A stretch of DNA of 64,000 nt. It comes from an uncultured Verrucomicrobiota bacterium (GTDB taxonomy: Bacteria; Verrucomicrobiota; Kiritimatiellia; PWTM01). The notes under the pieces are model-generated. The model was not told the DNA's origin. It made no database searches and saw nothing but the letters and a program-made list of their open reading frames with translations. Each line of letters opens with the position of its first letter. Position 1 is the stretch's first letter. The translations under genes were made by a program, and so were the position numbers. Below are positions 47,517-57,044 of this stretch, in pieces. Location of the stretch: NCBI GenBank assembly GCA_964402695.1, contig CAYODK010000006.1, positions 2,125-66,124 of the forward strand, read 5' to 3'.

Positions 47517-48464
47517 ATGCAGTCCTGGAGGCGGTTCGGATCCCGGTGGCCGGTGCGCCGGGGCGCCGGCGCCCTGGTCGTGGCGGCTCTCCTCGTCGCG
47601 CTCGCCCCGGGGTGCGTGACGACGAACGAGGTCGCGAAGTCGTACCCGAACGACGAGCGGTACACGAAGCTCCTCGACGACGTCGCGAAGATCTACGAGA
47701 CGCGGGACACCTCGAAGATCATGGACCTCTACGTCCAGGACACGTACTCCCTCTCGTTCGACCAGACGACGGCGTTCGACTCCGGCGCGGCCGACCACAA
47801 GGGGACGATTGCGCGGCTCTTCGACGGCGTCGAGGACCTGAAGGTGGAGTGGAGCCCCGACGTGACCGTCGACAAGACTTCGGAGAAGGTCTGGACGACG
47901 CGCCACTTCAAGGCGACCGCGCTGATGGCGAACGGCGAGAAGCGCGAGATCTCGGGCTGGCACAGCGCCATCTGGGTGGAGCGCGACGGCAAGGACCTGA
48001 TCGAGTACGAGCACTTCCGCGCCGACACGCGGATCACCGCGATGCCGCCTCCGCCCCCGCCGCCGGCCGGGCCGCCGCCGCTGACGCCGGAGGCGATCGA
48101 GGCGCAGGCGCGCGACTCGATCCGCGACATCTTCTTCGACTACGACAAGTGGGACATCCGCGACTCCGAGCTCCCGAGCATCAACGTCGTCCTCGACTAC
48201 CTGAAGAAGTACCCGACGACGGAGATCACGATCGAGGGGCACTGCGACGAGCGCGGCTCGACCCGCTACAACATCCGCCTCGGCCAGAAGCGCGCCGACG
48301 AGACGAAGAAGTGGCTCGTCGCGCAGGGCATCGCGCCGGAGCGGCTCCGGACGATCTCCTTCGGCAAGAGCCGGCCGTTCGAGGTCGGGCGCTCGGAAGA
48401 CGCCTGGCAGTCGAACCGCCGCTCCCACTTCGTCGTCACCAAGGGCCCGACCTTCGACAAGTAG
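47517..48464 (+). CDS. OmpA-family lipoprotein with an N-terminal NTF2-like (SnoaL/DUF4440) domain
   Basis: Lipobox LAPGC, poly-Pro linker, C-terminal OmpA_C (GHCDERGSTRYNIRLGQKRA). Track start 47518 is inconsistent with its own length; the ATG is at 47517. Confidence 0.8.
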   Translation: MQSWRRFGSRWPVRRGAGALVVAALLVALAPGCVTTNEVAKSYPNDERYTKLLDDVAKIYETRDTSKIMDLYVQDTYSLSFDQTTAFDSGAADHKGTIARLFDGVEDLKVEWSPDVTVDKTSEKVWTTRHFKATALMANGEKREISGWHSAIWVERDGKDLIEYEHFRADTRITAMPPPPPPPAGPPPLTPEAIEAQARDSIRDIFFDYDKWDIRDSELPSINVVLDYLKKYPTTEITIEGHCDERGSTRYNIRLGQKRADETKKWLVAQGIAPERLRTISFGKSRPFEVGRSEDAWQSNRRSHFVVTKGPTFDK

Positions 48465-48490
48465 CCCTCCCGACCCCCGTGGGGAGAAAA

Positions 48491-48526
48491 GGGCCGGCGT
48501 TCCGCCGGCCCTTTTCTCCGCGGGCC
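48491..48526 (+). terminator. Rho-independent terminator-like hairpin (gggccggcg-ttc-cgccggccc followed by ttttctcc)
   Basis: Perfect 9-bp GC stem plus a T-tract 27 nt after the stop. The outer arms extend to a 15-bp palindrome. Confidence 0.65.
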
Positions 48527-48671
48527 GGTCGGAGGCACCGGACCGCCGGCGACAGTCGTGCCTCGTTCGACGAAGACGGCACGAAATCCGGGGAATTCGC
48601 CTGCAGACAAAGCTGTTGGCCAGTCTTTCGTGGCGACCGCTTCGCGACAGGCGGTATCATCAGCGAACCCG

Positions 48672-50282
48672 ATGAGCGGGTTCAGTTCCATCCAGATAGA
48701 TCGTTTCGATCGGGCGCTGCGCGAGCTCGATCCGAGGGTAAAGGTCTGGGTGACTCGGGGCCTCGTCGTCGCCGGCGTGGGTCCTCTGGCCATCTACGCC
48801 TCCTGGTGGCTGGAGGGGGGACGGTTCCTCGCGCTGCCGTTGTTGCCGGCCTTCGTGCTTGCGGCCGCGTACCTCGCGTTCCAGGTCGTGGCAGCCTGGT
48901 ACGTGTATTGGCGGATCGAGATACCCGAGGATCGGGTTCCCCGCCCTGGCCTCACGGTGGACGTCTTCGTACCCGTCCTGGACGAGGATCCCCTCCTCGC
49001 CGGGCAGGCGCTTTCGGCGGTCCGGGCGTTGACGTACCCGCACCGGGCGTTCGTCCTGGACGATGGTCCGCGCCCCGAGATCCGAGCTCTCGCCCTCGAG
49101 TACGGGGCGACCTACCTCGTGAGGCCGGAGAGGCTCGACAACAAGGCCGGAAACGTGAATCACGCACTGGCGGCCTCGAGCGGCGAGTTCGTGGCGATCT
49201 TCGACGTGGACCATCTCCCGGAGCCGGGGTACCTGGACGCGGCCCTCGGGCACTTCGACGACGGCCGAGTCGGCTTCGTGCAGCTCATGGTCGGATACCG
49301 GAATCAGGCAGAGAGCTTCATCGCGCGCGCGGCGAGCGGTCAGGCGGACGACGTGTTCGGACCGACCTCCATGGGATTCCACGGCTGCGGCGCGGCGCTG
49401 GTCTGGGGCGCGCACACGGTATTCCGGCGCCAGGCGCTAGAATCCATCGGAGGGTACAGGCCCGGGCTCGCGGAAGACTTGAACACTTCACTCGCCCTCC
49501 ACGCCGCAGGGTGGCGGTCCGTGTACGTGCCGAGGCTCCTTGCCCGAGGCCTGGCTCCTGTCGACCTGCACGGGCACATGACGCAGCACCTGAAGTGGTC
49601 TCGCGGCGTGCTCGGGACGCTCTTGGGGATGGCGCCTGCGCAGTTGGCCCGCCTGACTCCGTCGCAGACCCTCGCCTATCTCGTGCGGATGACGTACTAC
49701 CTCGTCGGCCTCGTCTCCGTCGCTCACATGATTCTCCTGGCCTGGGCCCTCTTCAGTGACGCGGACGTGAATGAATACCTGTACCGGTGCCTGATGCTCG
49801 CCGGGACGCTCGTAGTCGTTCGCAAGGTCGTGGGAGCGATGTGGGAGCGCGATCCGCGTTCGGGTTGGCAGGTCACGGGAACGGCTCTCGCGGTCGTAGC
49901 GTGGCCCACCTACGTCGCGTCGCTCCTCGCGGCGCTCATCGGCGTCCGTTTCCGGCATCGACCGACACCGAAGCAGCGAGCGGGGGTACTTTGCCTTCCC
50001 GCTCTGCTCCCGCAGCTCGCCATGCTCTTGGCCTTGGTCGGAGGTCTCCTCGTCGCCGCCGGGCGCCACGGCCGTCCGTTCCCGGTCCTGGCGGGCGTCC
50101 TCGCCGCGATGACCATCGCAGGACACTGGGTGCTCGTGAGGGGGGGCCTGGACGACTGGAGGGCGAGGCGGGCGACGGCTCCTCCGCCCGGAATCGAACA
50201 GGACGCCTTCCGGGGGACGCGACCTTCTCCCGCGGTCCTGTCGGCGTCCGCGGCGCCGGGCGGCTCCTCCTGCGAGTCCTGA
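48672..50282 (+). CDS. Processive GT2 glycosyltransferase, cellulose-synthase-like (BcsA/PgaC-like catalytic core, no PilZ)
   Basis: DDG, DVDH (DxD) and QHLKWSRG (QxxRW) motifs, N- and C-terminal TM clusters. Confidence 0.75.
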   Translation: MSGFSSIQIDRFDRALRELDPRVKVWVTRGLVVAGVGPLAIYASWWLEGGRFLALPLLPAFVLAAAYLAFQVVAAWYVYWRIEIPEDRVPRPGLTVDVFVPVLDEDPLLAGQALSAVRALTYPHRAFVLDDGPRPEIRALALEYGATYLVRPERLDNKAGNVNHALAASSGEFVAIFDVDHLPEPGYLDAALGHFDDGRVGFVQLMVGYRNQAESFIARAASGQADDVFGPTSMGFHGCGAALVWGAHTVFRRQALESIGGYRPGLAEDLNTSLALHAAGWRSVYVPRLLARGLAPVDLHGHMTQHLKWSRGVLGTLLGMAPAQLARLTPSQTLAYLVRMTYYLVGLVSVAHMILLAWALFSDADVNEYLYRCLMLAGTLVVVRKVVGAMWERDPRSGWQVTGTALAVVAWPTYVASLLAALIGVRFRHRPTPKQRAGVLCLPALLPQLAMLLALVGGLLVAAGRHGRPFPVLAGVLAAMTIAGHWVLVRGGLDDWRARRATAPPPGIEQDAFRGTRPSPAVLSASAAPGGSSCES

Positions 50283-51661
50283 AGGTCGTCCACGACTCGC
50301 TGCCGTTCTCGGTCGGCGGGGTTGAGGTGTACGTCCAGCGCCTCTCCGAGGCGCTTGCGGACAGGGGAGTCGAAGTCGGCGTCTTCTCGGCGGTGGACTG
50401 TGCCGGAAGGCGTCCGTACGAGGCGGCGCTCGTCGAGGGGCGCGTGCCCGTGTACTCCGTGGCTCATCGTCTCGGCAGCCACGGGCAGGGCCTTGGGCAG
50501 GTCCTGCTCGACTCCAGCAGGTTCTACCTGGATCCCGCGGTCGACGCGGCATGCGCCGTGGTCGTGGAGACGTTTCGTCCGGATGTGATCCACATCCACC
50601 ACCTGGTGCATCTGTCGGGCTCTCTCATCGGGATGTTGAAGAGAATGGGGCTTCCGGTCGTCGTGACACTTCACGATTACTGGTACCTCTGCATCACGGG
50701 ACAGCTCCTGAATGACGGGGGCGCCCACTTCCCCGATCGGTGCGGAGCCCCCTGCATCGCATACGTCCTGCACAACCGCTACAAGGCTACGGGATGGCTC
50801 CGGTGGGGCCTTCGTCGCGCGATCGGCCTGGCACCGCTCGCCTTCGAGGGGCTTCACCGAAGACGCCGGGATCGCCTCCTGGCGGAGCTGAACTCGGCTG
50901 ACCGAGTCCTCGCCCCATCCCGGTTCATCGCCGAGGTGTACTGCGCGGCCGGACTCTCGGCTTCCCTGGTCTCCCATTCTCCCTACGGTGTTCCTTCCTC
51001 GTCGATCCCGAGGCGCGACGAGACCCGGACGGCAGGTGCGGGGCTTCGTGTGGGCTTCCTCGGGCGCATCGTCCCCGAGAAGGGACTTCACGTGCTTCTC
51101 GAGGCCTTCGACAGGCTCGACGACTCGTTCGAGCTGCACGTTCACGGGGTCGAATCGCGATCGTCGGGCTATGCCAGCCGCCTGTCGGGACGAATGAAGT
51201 CATCGAGGGTCCAGCGGCATGGACCCTACGATCACGAATGCGTCGGGGAGGTCTTGTCGGGCCTCGACGTCCTCGTGGTGCCCTCGGTGTGGTGGGAGAA
51301 CGCTCCCCTCGTGATTCTCGAGGCCTTCGCGGCGGGCGTCCCCGTCGTCGCTTCGAATCTGGGTGGGATGAGAGAGCTCGTCCGACATGGCGAGAACGGC
51401 CTCCTGTTCGAGGTGGGAGACTCCGACGCCCTCGCAGAGGCGCTTCTCCGGCTCAGGCACGAACCCGGGCTGCTCGCGTGCCTGCGGCGGGACCCGGTTC
51501 TGACGAGGAGCCTGGCCGAGAACGCTGACGAGCTGGAAGGGCTCTATTGCTCGCTCGTGGCGGAGCGGTCACCGGTCGAGGGCCGAGCCACGGGCGCCCC
51601 GAGGCTCGGGCTGCGAGAGAAGGGCACGAGATTCGGGCCGGCCGGCATCCGGCAGCCGTGA
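50279..51661 (+). CDS. GT-B glycosyltransferase (GT4), non-canonical start
   Basis: The conserved N-terminus (L)KVVHDSLPFSVGGVEVYV begins at a CTG overlapping the upstream TGA (CTGA). No in-frame ATG, GTG or TTG nearby. Confidence 0.6.
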   Translation: MKVVHDSLPFSVGGVEVYVQRLSEALADRGVEVGVFSAVDCAGRRPYEAALVEGRVPVYSVAHRLGSHGQGLGQVLLDSSRFYLDPAVDAACAVVVETFRPDVIHIHHLVHLSGSLIGMLKRMGLPVVVTLHDYWYLCITGQLLNDGGAHFPDRCGAPCIAYVLHNRYKATGWLRWGLRRAIGLAPLAFEGLHRRRRDRLLAELNSADRVLAPSRFIAEVYCAAGLSASLVSHSPYGVPSSSIPRRDETRTAGAGLRVGFLGRIVPEKGLHVLLEAFDRLDDSFELHVHGVESRSSGYASRLSGRMKSSRVQRHGPYDHECVGEVLSGLDVLVVPSVWWENAPLVILEAFAAGVPVVASNLGGMRELVRHGENGLLFEVGDSDALAEALLRLRHEPGLLACLRRDPVLTRSLAENADELEGLYCSLVAERSPVEGRATGAPRLGLREKGTRFGPAGIRQP

Positions 51662-53220
51662 GCTGCGAGCTGGGACAGGACTCGTCGGAGCTGGTCCGTG
51701 TATCGGGGTATCTCGGCGACGCGGGCGAGTCGTCGGCATCCGTCCTCGGCCCTCCCGTCGGCGAAGTCCATGCCCGCCAGGTCTTCGAGTGAGGGCGTGT
51801 GGTCCGGCAGGACTTCGATCATCTTCTCGAGGAGCGCCCGCTTCCGACCCTGGTCCATCGTCTCGGACGAGAGCGCGTGCCACGGAGCGGCGTACCGCGG
51901 ACGCAGCGCGAGGAGCGAATTCAGAACGCGGGTGGCGTCCTCGTGGCGGTCGCACCTGGCGTACGAATCGGCGAGCAGGAAAGCCGTCCACGCATCGCCT
52001 GGGTGAAGTGCCAGGACGCGCTCGTGGAACGCCGTACGGCCCTTCGGGTCCGCCGCGAGCTCGTTCCGGCGAGAAGCAGCTTCGTGGCGGAGGGCCAGCT
52101 CGTCGGCGTAGCCGGGGTCCGGCGAACGCGATCGTCCGCGCAGGAGCCCTGCCCGACCGAGGAACGCTACCGTGTCGCGGGCCGCGAGTTCGTGTGCAAA
52201 GGCGTTGGGGTGAAGGTCGGCCTCGGAGACGACGAGCACCGTGTTCTGTCCTTCGCGTTGGAGCGTCCCAGAGAGGTCAATCACCGGCAGGCGTAAGGAC
52301 TGAAGCGAGGCGACGAGCTGCCTGTAGGGCTTGTCGGCCTTGATGCCGAGTGCGCGCGTCTCAGCGCTCACGGGACCGTGCATGAGGTTGGGGAAGACGA
52401 CCGCTGCAAGGGGGACCCCTGCAGCCCGGCGAAACGATTCCATCTGCCGGAACGTCTCCTCCGCGACACGCCATTCGGCTGATCCGGGGCGATAGGCATT
52501 CTCGAAAGCCTCGAGAGCCGCGTCGATCCTCGAAGACTCGTCGGCGATTCTGGTGGCTGTCAGAGACCGGCCGAGACGGCCCGCGAGGGTGGGGGCCGCC
52601 TCGGCCCAGGCCTGGCCGACGCTCCACGGGTCCACGAGCGCGATGTCGTTCCAGAAGATCTGCCAGAGGACGAGGTCGGGCTTCAGGTCGGCTCCGTGGA
52701 CGAGAAGCTTGATGAGGTTGTCCGCGTGCCTGTGGCCGCAGACGCCGAGGTTGATGACCTCGGGTGTCAGGCCGTTCGGAAGCCGACCGTCGCCCAGAAG
52801 CGTCTCGAGACGGGAGGCCCACGTCTCCTCCATCGCCACGCCCTGGCCCCAGCTGAACGAATCGCCGACGACGACGATCCGGAAGGTCCCGGGCCTCCGC
52901 GAGATGGTGTACTCGGGGGTCCTGAAGCCGTTCGAGTTGTGAAGCGCACGCGCGTCGGGCTGCGAGCTGAACGGTATCGTCGTGGCCAGGAGGTCCGTCG
53001 GGGATGCCTCGAACGGGAAGTACCACGGCGTGGCCATGTACGCACTCGCGCCCGCGGGGCCGGTATCGGCCGACTCGGCAGGCCTCGGGAGGGAAGACAG
53101 TCGGGGCCTGTGGAAGGCCCGCAGGAACGCCTCGGCCGCGACCAGGGCAGCGACCGTCCCCAGCAGGATCGCCGCGAGCTTGAACACGGTTACCCGGCGT
53201 GGACGGGGGTAGCCGGTCAC
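51544..53220 (-). CDS. Membrane-anchored SGNH/GDSL hydrolase-fold protein with a C-terminal TPR-like domain
   Basis: IVVVGDSFSWGQG block I, N-terminal TM. Overlaps the 3' end of the convergent GT4 by about 118 bp. Confidence 0.55.
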   Translation of the reverse strand: MTGYPRPRRVTVFKLAAILLGTVAALVAAEAFLRAFHRPRLSSLPRPAESADTGPAGASAYMATPWYFPFEASPTDLLATTIPFSSQPDARALHNSNGFRTPEYTISRRPGTFRIVVVGDSFSWGQGVAMEETWASRLETLLGDGRLPNGLTPEVINLGVCGHRHADNLIKLLVHGADLKPDLVLWQIFWNDIALVDPWSVGQAWAEAAPTLAGRLGRSLTATRIADESSRIDAALEAFENAYRPGSAEWRVAEETFRQMESFRRAAGVPLAAVVFPNLMHGPVSAETRALGIKADKPYRQLVASLQSLRLPVIDLSGTLQREGQNTVLVVSEADLHPNAFAHELAARDTVAFLGRAGLLRGRSRSPDPGYADELALRHEAASRRNELAADPKGRTAFHERVLALHPGDAWTAFLLADSYARCDRHEDATRVLNSLLALRPRYAAPWHALSSETMDQGRKRALLEKMIEVLPDHTPSLEDLAGMDFADGRAEDGCRRLARVAEIPRYTDQLRRVLSQLAAHGCRMPAGPNLVPFSRSPSLGAPVARPSTGDRSATSEQ

Positions 53221-56200
53221 CGTCCGCTCCGGAGCCAGGCGGACCTAAGTCCGGCGAGGCGATGGACGCACCGCTTCAGGATGGGCGTTTCGAGAGCGTG
53301 GCGAATGGCGCGCTCGGAGGACGGAGCTGCCCTTCCGACTCGCGCCAGAAGGCGCTCTCCCAGGTAGGTTGCGGCCTCGAAGGACGGATGCCTCGGGAAG
53401 CGCCCGAGACCGCGCACCTCGACACACTCGACCGGGAAGAGGCTGACCCCGGCAACGGTTGCGGGCGGAGGTGCGAGAGGTCCTTGCCTCCGCCGGAAGA
53501 CGCCTCGGCGGGAGTCGTCGAGGACCTGCTGGAACAGCTTCACGTAAGCGTCGACCATGTTCTCGATCCGGAAGCTCCCGCTGAGAAGCCTCTCCTGTGC
53601 GCGCTGGGACATTCTGCTTCTCAGGTCGGCGTCGCCCGCGAGGCGCACGATCCGGTCGGCGAACTGGTCGATGTCCCCGACGGGAACGATGAAACCCTCC
53701 TCTCCGTCGCGGACGAGCTCGGGAATACCGCTCCGGATGGCCGAGACGACGGGTATGCAGCCCCGGCCCATGGCCTCCAGGAGGGCGTTCGGCAAACCCT
53801 CGAACGACGAGGTCATCAGGTACACGTCCTGGCTTTCGAGTACGCGGAGCGCATCTTCGTTCGACAGGACTCCGAGCATCCGAATGGCGCCGCGATCGGC
53901 GAGCTCTCGGGCAGCGCTGCGGAACGCGTCTTCGTCCGGCCCGGCTCCAATCACGGTCAGGACAGCGTCCACTCCCCGGTTCAGAACGGCGCGAACGATC
54001 TCCGGGAGGTCGAGGATGCGCTTCTGCCGGACGTTGAGGACGCCGTGATAGACGAGCCGGAGCTGTCCGCCCGCTTCGCGGGCGGGTTTCGGAGCTTCTC
54101 CGGGAAGGCAGATTCCGTACGGGATCGTGTGAAGACGCGCAGCGCACCCCGGGTCGATCCCCACGGCCTTCTCGGCGATCTCCTGACTCACGGCCACCAC
54201 CGCATCCCAGTACCTCCCTTGTCGGGCGAGGTGGTCGTAATGGAGGGGATCGTCCCCGTGGAGGATCCCCACTACCGAGACCCGTCGCGGCAATCGCGGG
54301 GCGACGCACGACTGCCGCCAGTCGTAGTTCGGAAGGTAGACGCACGGTGCGCTCTCCTCGAGGAGGCGCTGCATCGCGGCCCAGCGCTTCCCCCATCCGT
54401 CGGTCCGACCGACGGGCAGGTACCGGACAGGCAGATCCGGTGGAAGGGGCATGGGAGGGTCGGGAATCGAGATCAGGTCCGTCCGCTCCTCCGTGAGGAG
54501 GATCTCCGCCTCGGTCCCCTGTGCGCGAAGCCCTCGCACGAGATTCGCTGCGAAAACCGTCACCCCCGTGAGGGTCCAGTAGGGCAGCGCCACGACGACC
54601 CGAAAGTCACGGATCTCGGCGCGCCGGGCCGCCGTCACGGCGGCCTGCTGCACCTCCCGCGGCGTTGGGCTGCGCCGCATCTCGTCGAAGTCGATCCTGT
54701 CCCGGCGACTCGGGAAAGCGCCGAGCCCGGGGACGACGTGCGAGCACGGAATGGGGAAGATGCCGAGGCCGTCGATCTCCGGGGGGGGGGGAGAGATAGC
54801 TCCCGCAGCCCTGACGAAACGTCCCTCGCGAGCGTCTTCAGCGACCCGCTCGCACAGCTCGCCCCAGCGGCGGGACATCTCCTGGACGCTGTGCGGACCG
54901 CCGGCGACGATCTCGAAGGAGCGGCGGGCCATCCTCGACCGGAGGGCCGGATCGGAGGCGAGTTCCTGCAGCCGGCGCGCGAAATGGTCGAGGTCGCCGA
55001 TGGGTGCGGTGAAGCCGCTCTCACCGTCGCGAACGAGCTCCTGGAGCGCGCTTCGGGTCCGCGAGACGACGGGGACACAGCCCCGCCCCATCGCTTCGAG
55101 GAGAGCATTCGGCATTCCCTCGAACTCCGAGGTCATCAGGAAGGCGTCGTGCTCCTCGAGCATGCGCAGGACGCCTCGATTGGGGAGGACCCCCGCGAAC
55201 CGGACCCGTCCACGCTCCGCGTGGTGGTCCAGCAGGTCCCGCAGCTCGGGTTCCTGGCTTCCACCTCCCGCGAGGGTCAGCACGAACGGAACGCCAAGCG
55301 ACTCGAGACGGTCGAGAATCCCGACGAGGTCGAGGATCCGTTTCTGTCGCTGGTTCAGAAGGCCGTGGTAGACGATTCGGAGGGCGCCCCCGGGGTCCGT
55401 GGCGTGCTGCGGCAGGCTCTCCGGAACCTCGACGCCGATCGGGATCGTCAGGAGCCGAGGCCGGAAGGACGGGTCGATCGCCGCGGTCTGGTCCTCGACG
55501 GCACGGCTGACGGCGACGATGGCGTTCCAGCTTCGTCCGAGGCGTGCGACATGGTCGTAGTGCAGGGGGTCGTCGCTGTGGACGACGCCGGCGACGGCGA
55601 CACTCCCGCTGAGCAGGGGGGAGATGCAGGAGTGCCTCCAGTCCGCGTTCGGCACGTAAACGCAAGGCGAGCGCTCTTCCAGATAGCGAATCATGGCGCC
55701 CCAGTGCGCGCCCCAGCTCGCCTGGGGACTCACGGGAAGGTAGGAAACCGGGAGGTCGTCCGGGAGCGGGAGGCGTGGGTCCTCGACGCTCACGAGGTGC
55801 GTTCGCTCCTCCGTCAGCAGGAGCTCGGCGTCGAAGCCGATGCTCCGGAGGCCGCGGACGAGGTTCGCCGAGAAGATGTTGACTCCGTTCAGAGTCCAGT
55901 AGCTCGCAGCGACGACGACCCTTGGTCGCACGTTCTTCCTCCATGTCTCCCGAGTCAGATCGCTCGTCCGCGCTGGCCGGGAGTCCTTTCGCAATCCGAA
56001 ACGTCCCGCCCGGGTTCCGAGCGAGAGCGCATCCACGAAGAGCCTTGCGCATTCCGCAGCGCGGACTCGGATTTCGGAGTAGAAGAGAACGAGGTGGCCT
56101 GCCGCTACGAGGAGGTAGCTCGTGTCTCTCCAGGCGAGCGAGCCAAGGAGTACCAGCGACAGCCAGGCCTGGTAGAAGCCGGCCGGGAGCACGTAGGCCC

Positions 56201-57044
56201 CGTGCGAAGCCGGGGCCGGGTCTGGGCGCACGCCCCAGACTCTCCAGCGGACGGCGTCTACGCCCGCACTTACAGCAAGGGCTGCGAAAGGCGCGACACC
56301 TGGCGAACCCTGAGAGGCGAACCACGCGGCGAGGACGAGGGCTTCGGCCGGGAAGACGACGCGGTGGATGACTCGGCGAACTCGATCGGGCCGCTGTCCG
56401 GCAACGAAGGTCCGCACGCCGCCCGCCTTGTCCGCTTCCCGGTCCCAGAGCTGGTGGAGGAGGATGCCCCGGGTTCCAGTGAGGAAGGACCACGCGATTG
56501 CGAGTGCGGCCGGTACGCCGAGGCTGCCCTCGCCGAGAACCCACGACGCAGTCGCCGCCGGGAAGGTGTGGACGGCCAGCGAGTCCGCGAGTACCCCAAG
56601 GAGGGACCGTTCCTTCAGCCGGACGGGAGGGGCCGAATAGGCGCCCGCAAGGGCGAGATTCGCGATCACCAGCGCGACGCCCATGGACCCCGCGCCGGCC
56701 AGGAATACCGGCAGGACGCTCACCACCGCGAGGAACAGGAGGGCGCCGGCGACTGCTTCCCTGCGTACCGTCCGTATTCGGGTGGGCCGTCCGGCTCGCC
56801 GATCCGCATCCGAGTCGAAGAAGTCGTTCGCCAGATATCCGAAAGCGCCCAGCGCCGACGTCGAGATCAGGATCGCCAGAAGGCGGGGGCCCGAGGACGA
56901 AGACGGTGACCGGCAGACGAGCGCCTGCGCGTAGCCGACCGCGAGCGCCATCGGGACCTTCGACGAGAACCACTCGCCGGCCCGCACGCTCGCGACGACG
57001 GTCCGGACATCGAGAACGGCACGGCTGAGAGCACGTCGTTTCAC
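53217..57044 (-). CDS. Tri-domain fusion: UbiA-superfamily prenyltransferase-like membrane domain plus two tandem GT4 glycosyltransferase domains
   Basis: UbiA motifs NDFFDSDADRRAGRP and WDREADKAGGVRT in a roughly 330-aa TM domain. There are two roughly 400-aa GT-B repeats, each ending EGMPNALLEAMGRGC(V/I)PVVS. 1275 aa. Confidence 0.65.
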   Translation of the reverse strand: MKRRALSRAVLDVRTVVASVRAGEWFSSKVPMALAVGYAQALVCRSPSSSSGPRLLAILISTSALGAFGYLANDFFDSDADRRAGRPTRIRTVRREAVAGALLFLAVVSVLPVFLAGAGSMGVALVIANLALAGAYSAPPVRLKERSLLGVLADSLAVHTFPAATASWVLGEGSLGVPAALAIAWSFLTGTRGILLHQLWDREADKAGGVRTFVAGQRPDRVRRVIHRVVFPAEALVLAAWFASQGSPGVAPFAALAVSAGVDAVRWRVWGVRPDPAPASHGAYVLPAGFYQAWLSLVLLGSLAWRDTSYLLVAAGHLVLFYSEIRVRAAECARLFVDALSLGTRAGRFGLRKDSRPARTSDLTRETWRKNVRPRVVVAASYWTLNGVNIFSANLVRGLRSIGFDAELLLTEERTHLVSVEDPRLPLPDDLPVSYLPVSPQASWGAHWGAMIRYLEERSPCVYVPNADWRHSCISPLLSGSVAVAGVVHSDDPLHYDHVARLGRSWNAIVAVSRAVEDQTAAIDPSFRPRLLTIPIGVEVPESLPQHATDPGGALRIVYHGLLNQRQKRILDLVGILDRLESLGVPFVLTLAGGGSQEPELRDLLDHHAERGRVRFAGVLPNRGVLRMLEEHDAFLMTSEFEGMPNALLEAMGRGCVPVVSRTRSALQELVRDGESGFTAPIGDLDHFARRLQELASDPALRSRMARRSFEIVAGGPHSVQEMSRRWGELCERVAEDAREGRFVRAAGAISPPPPEIDGLGIFPIPCSHVVPGLGAFPSRRDRIDFDEMRRSPTPREVQQAAVTAARRAEIRDFRVVVALPYWTLTGVTVFAANLVRGLRAQGTEAEILLTEERTDLISIPDPPMPLPPDLPVRYLPVGRTDGWGKRWAAMQRLLEESAPCVYLPNYDWRQSCVAPRLPRRVSVVGILHGDDPLHYDHLARQGRYWDAVVAVSQEIAEKAVGIDPGCAARLHTIPYGICLPGEAPKPAREAGGQLRLVYHGVLNVRQKRILDLPEIVRAVLNRGVDAVLTVIGAGPDEDAFRSAARELADRGAIRMLGVLSNEDALRVLESQDVYLMTSSFEGLPNALLEAMGRGCIPVVSAIRSGIPELVRDGEEGFIVPVGDIDQFADRIVRLAGDADLRSRMSQRAQERLLSGSFRIENMVDAYVKLFQQVLDDSRRGVFRRRQGPLAPPPATVAGVSLFPVECVEVRGLGRFPRHPSFEAATYLGERLLARVGRAAPSSERAIRHALETPILKRCVHRLAGLRSAWLRSGR
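54781..54791. repeat. G11/C11 homopolymeric tract inside the UbiA-GT4-GT4 coding sequence
   Basis: 11 consecutive G on the + strand, encoding PPPP at the linker between the GT4 repeats. Confidence 0.9.
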
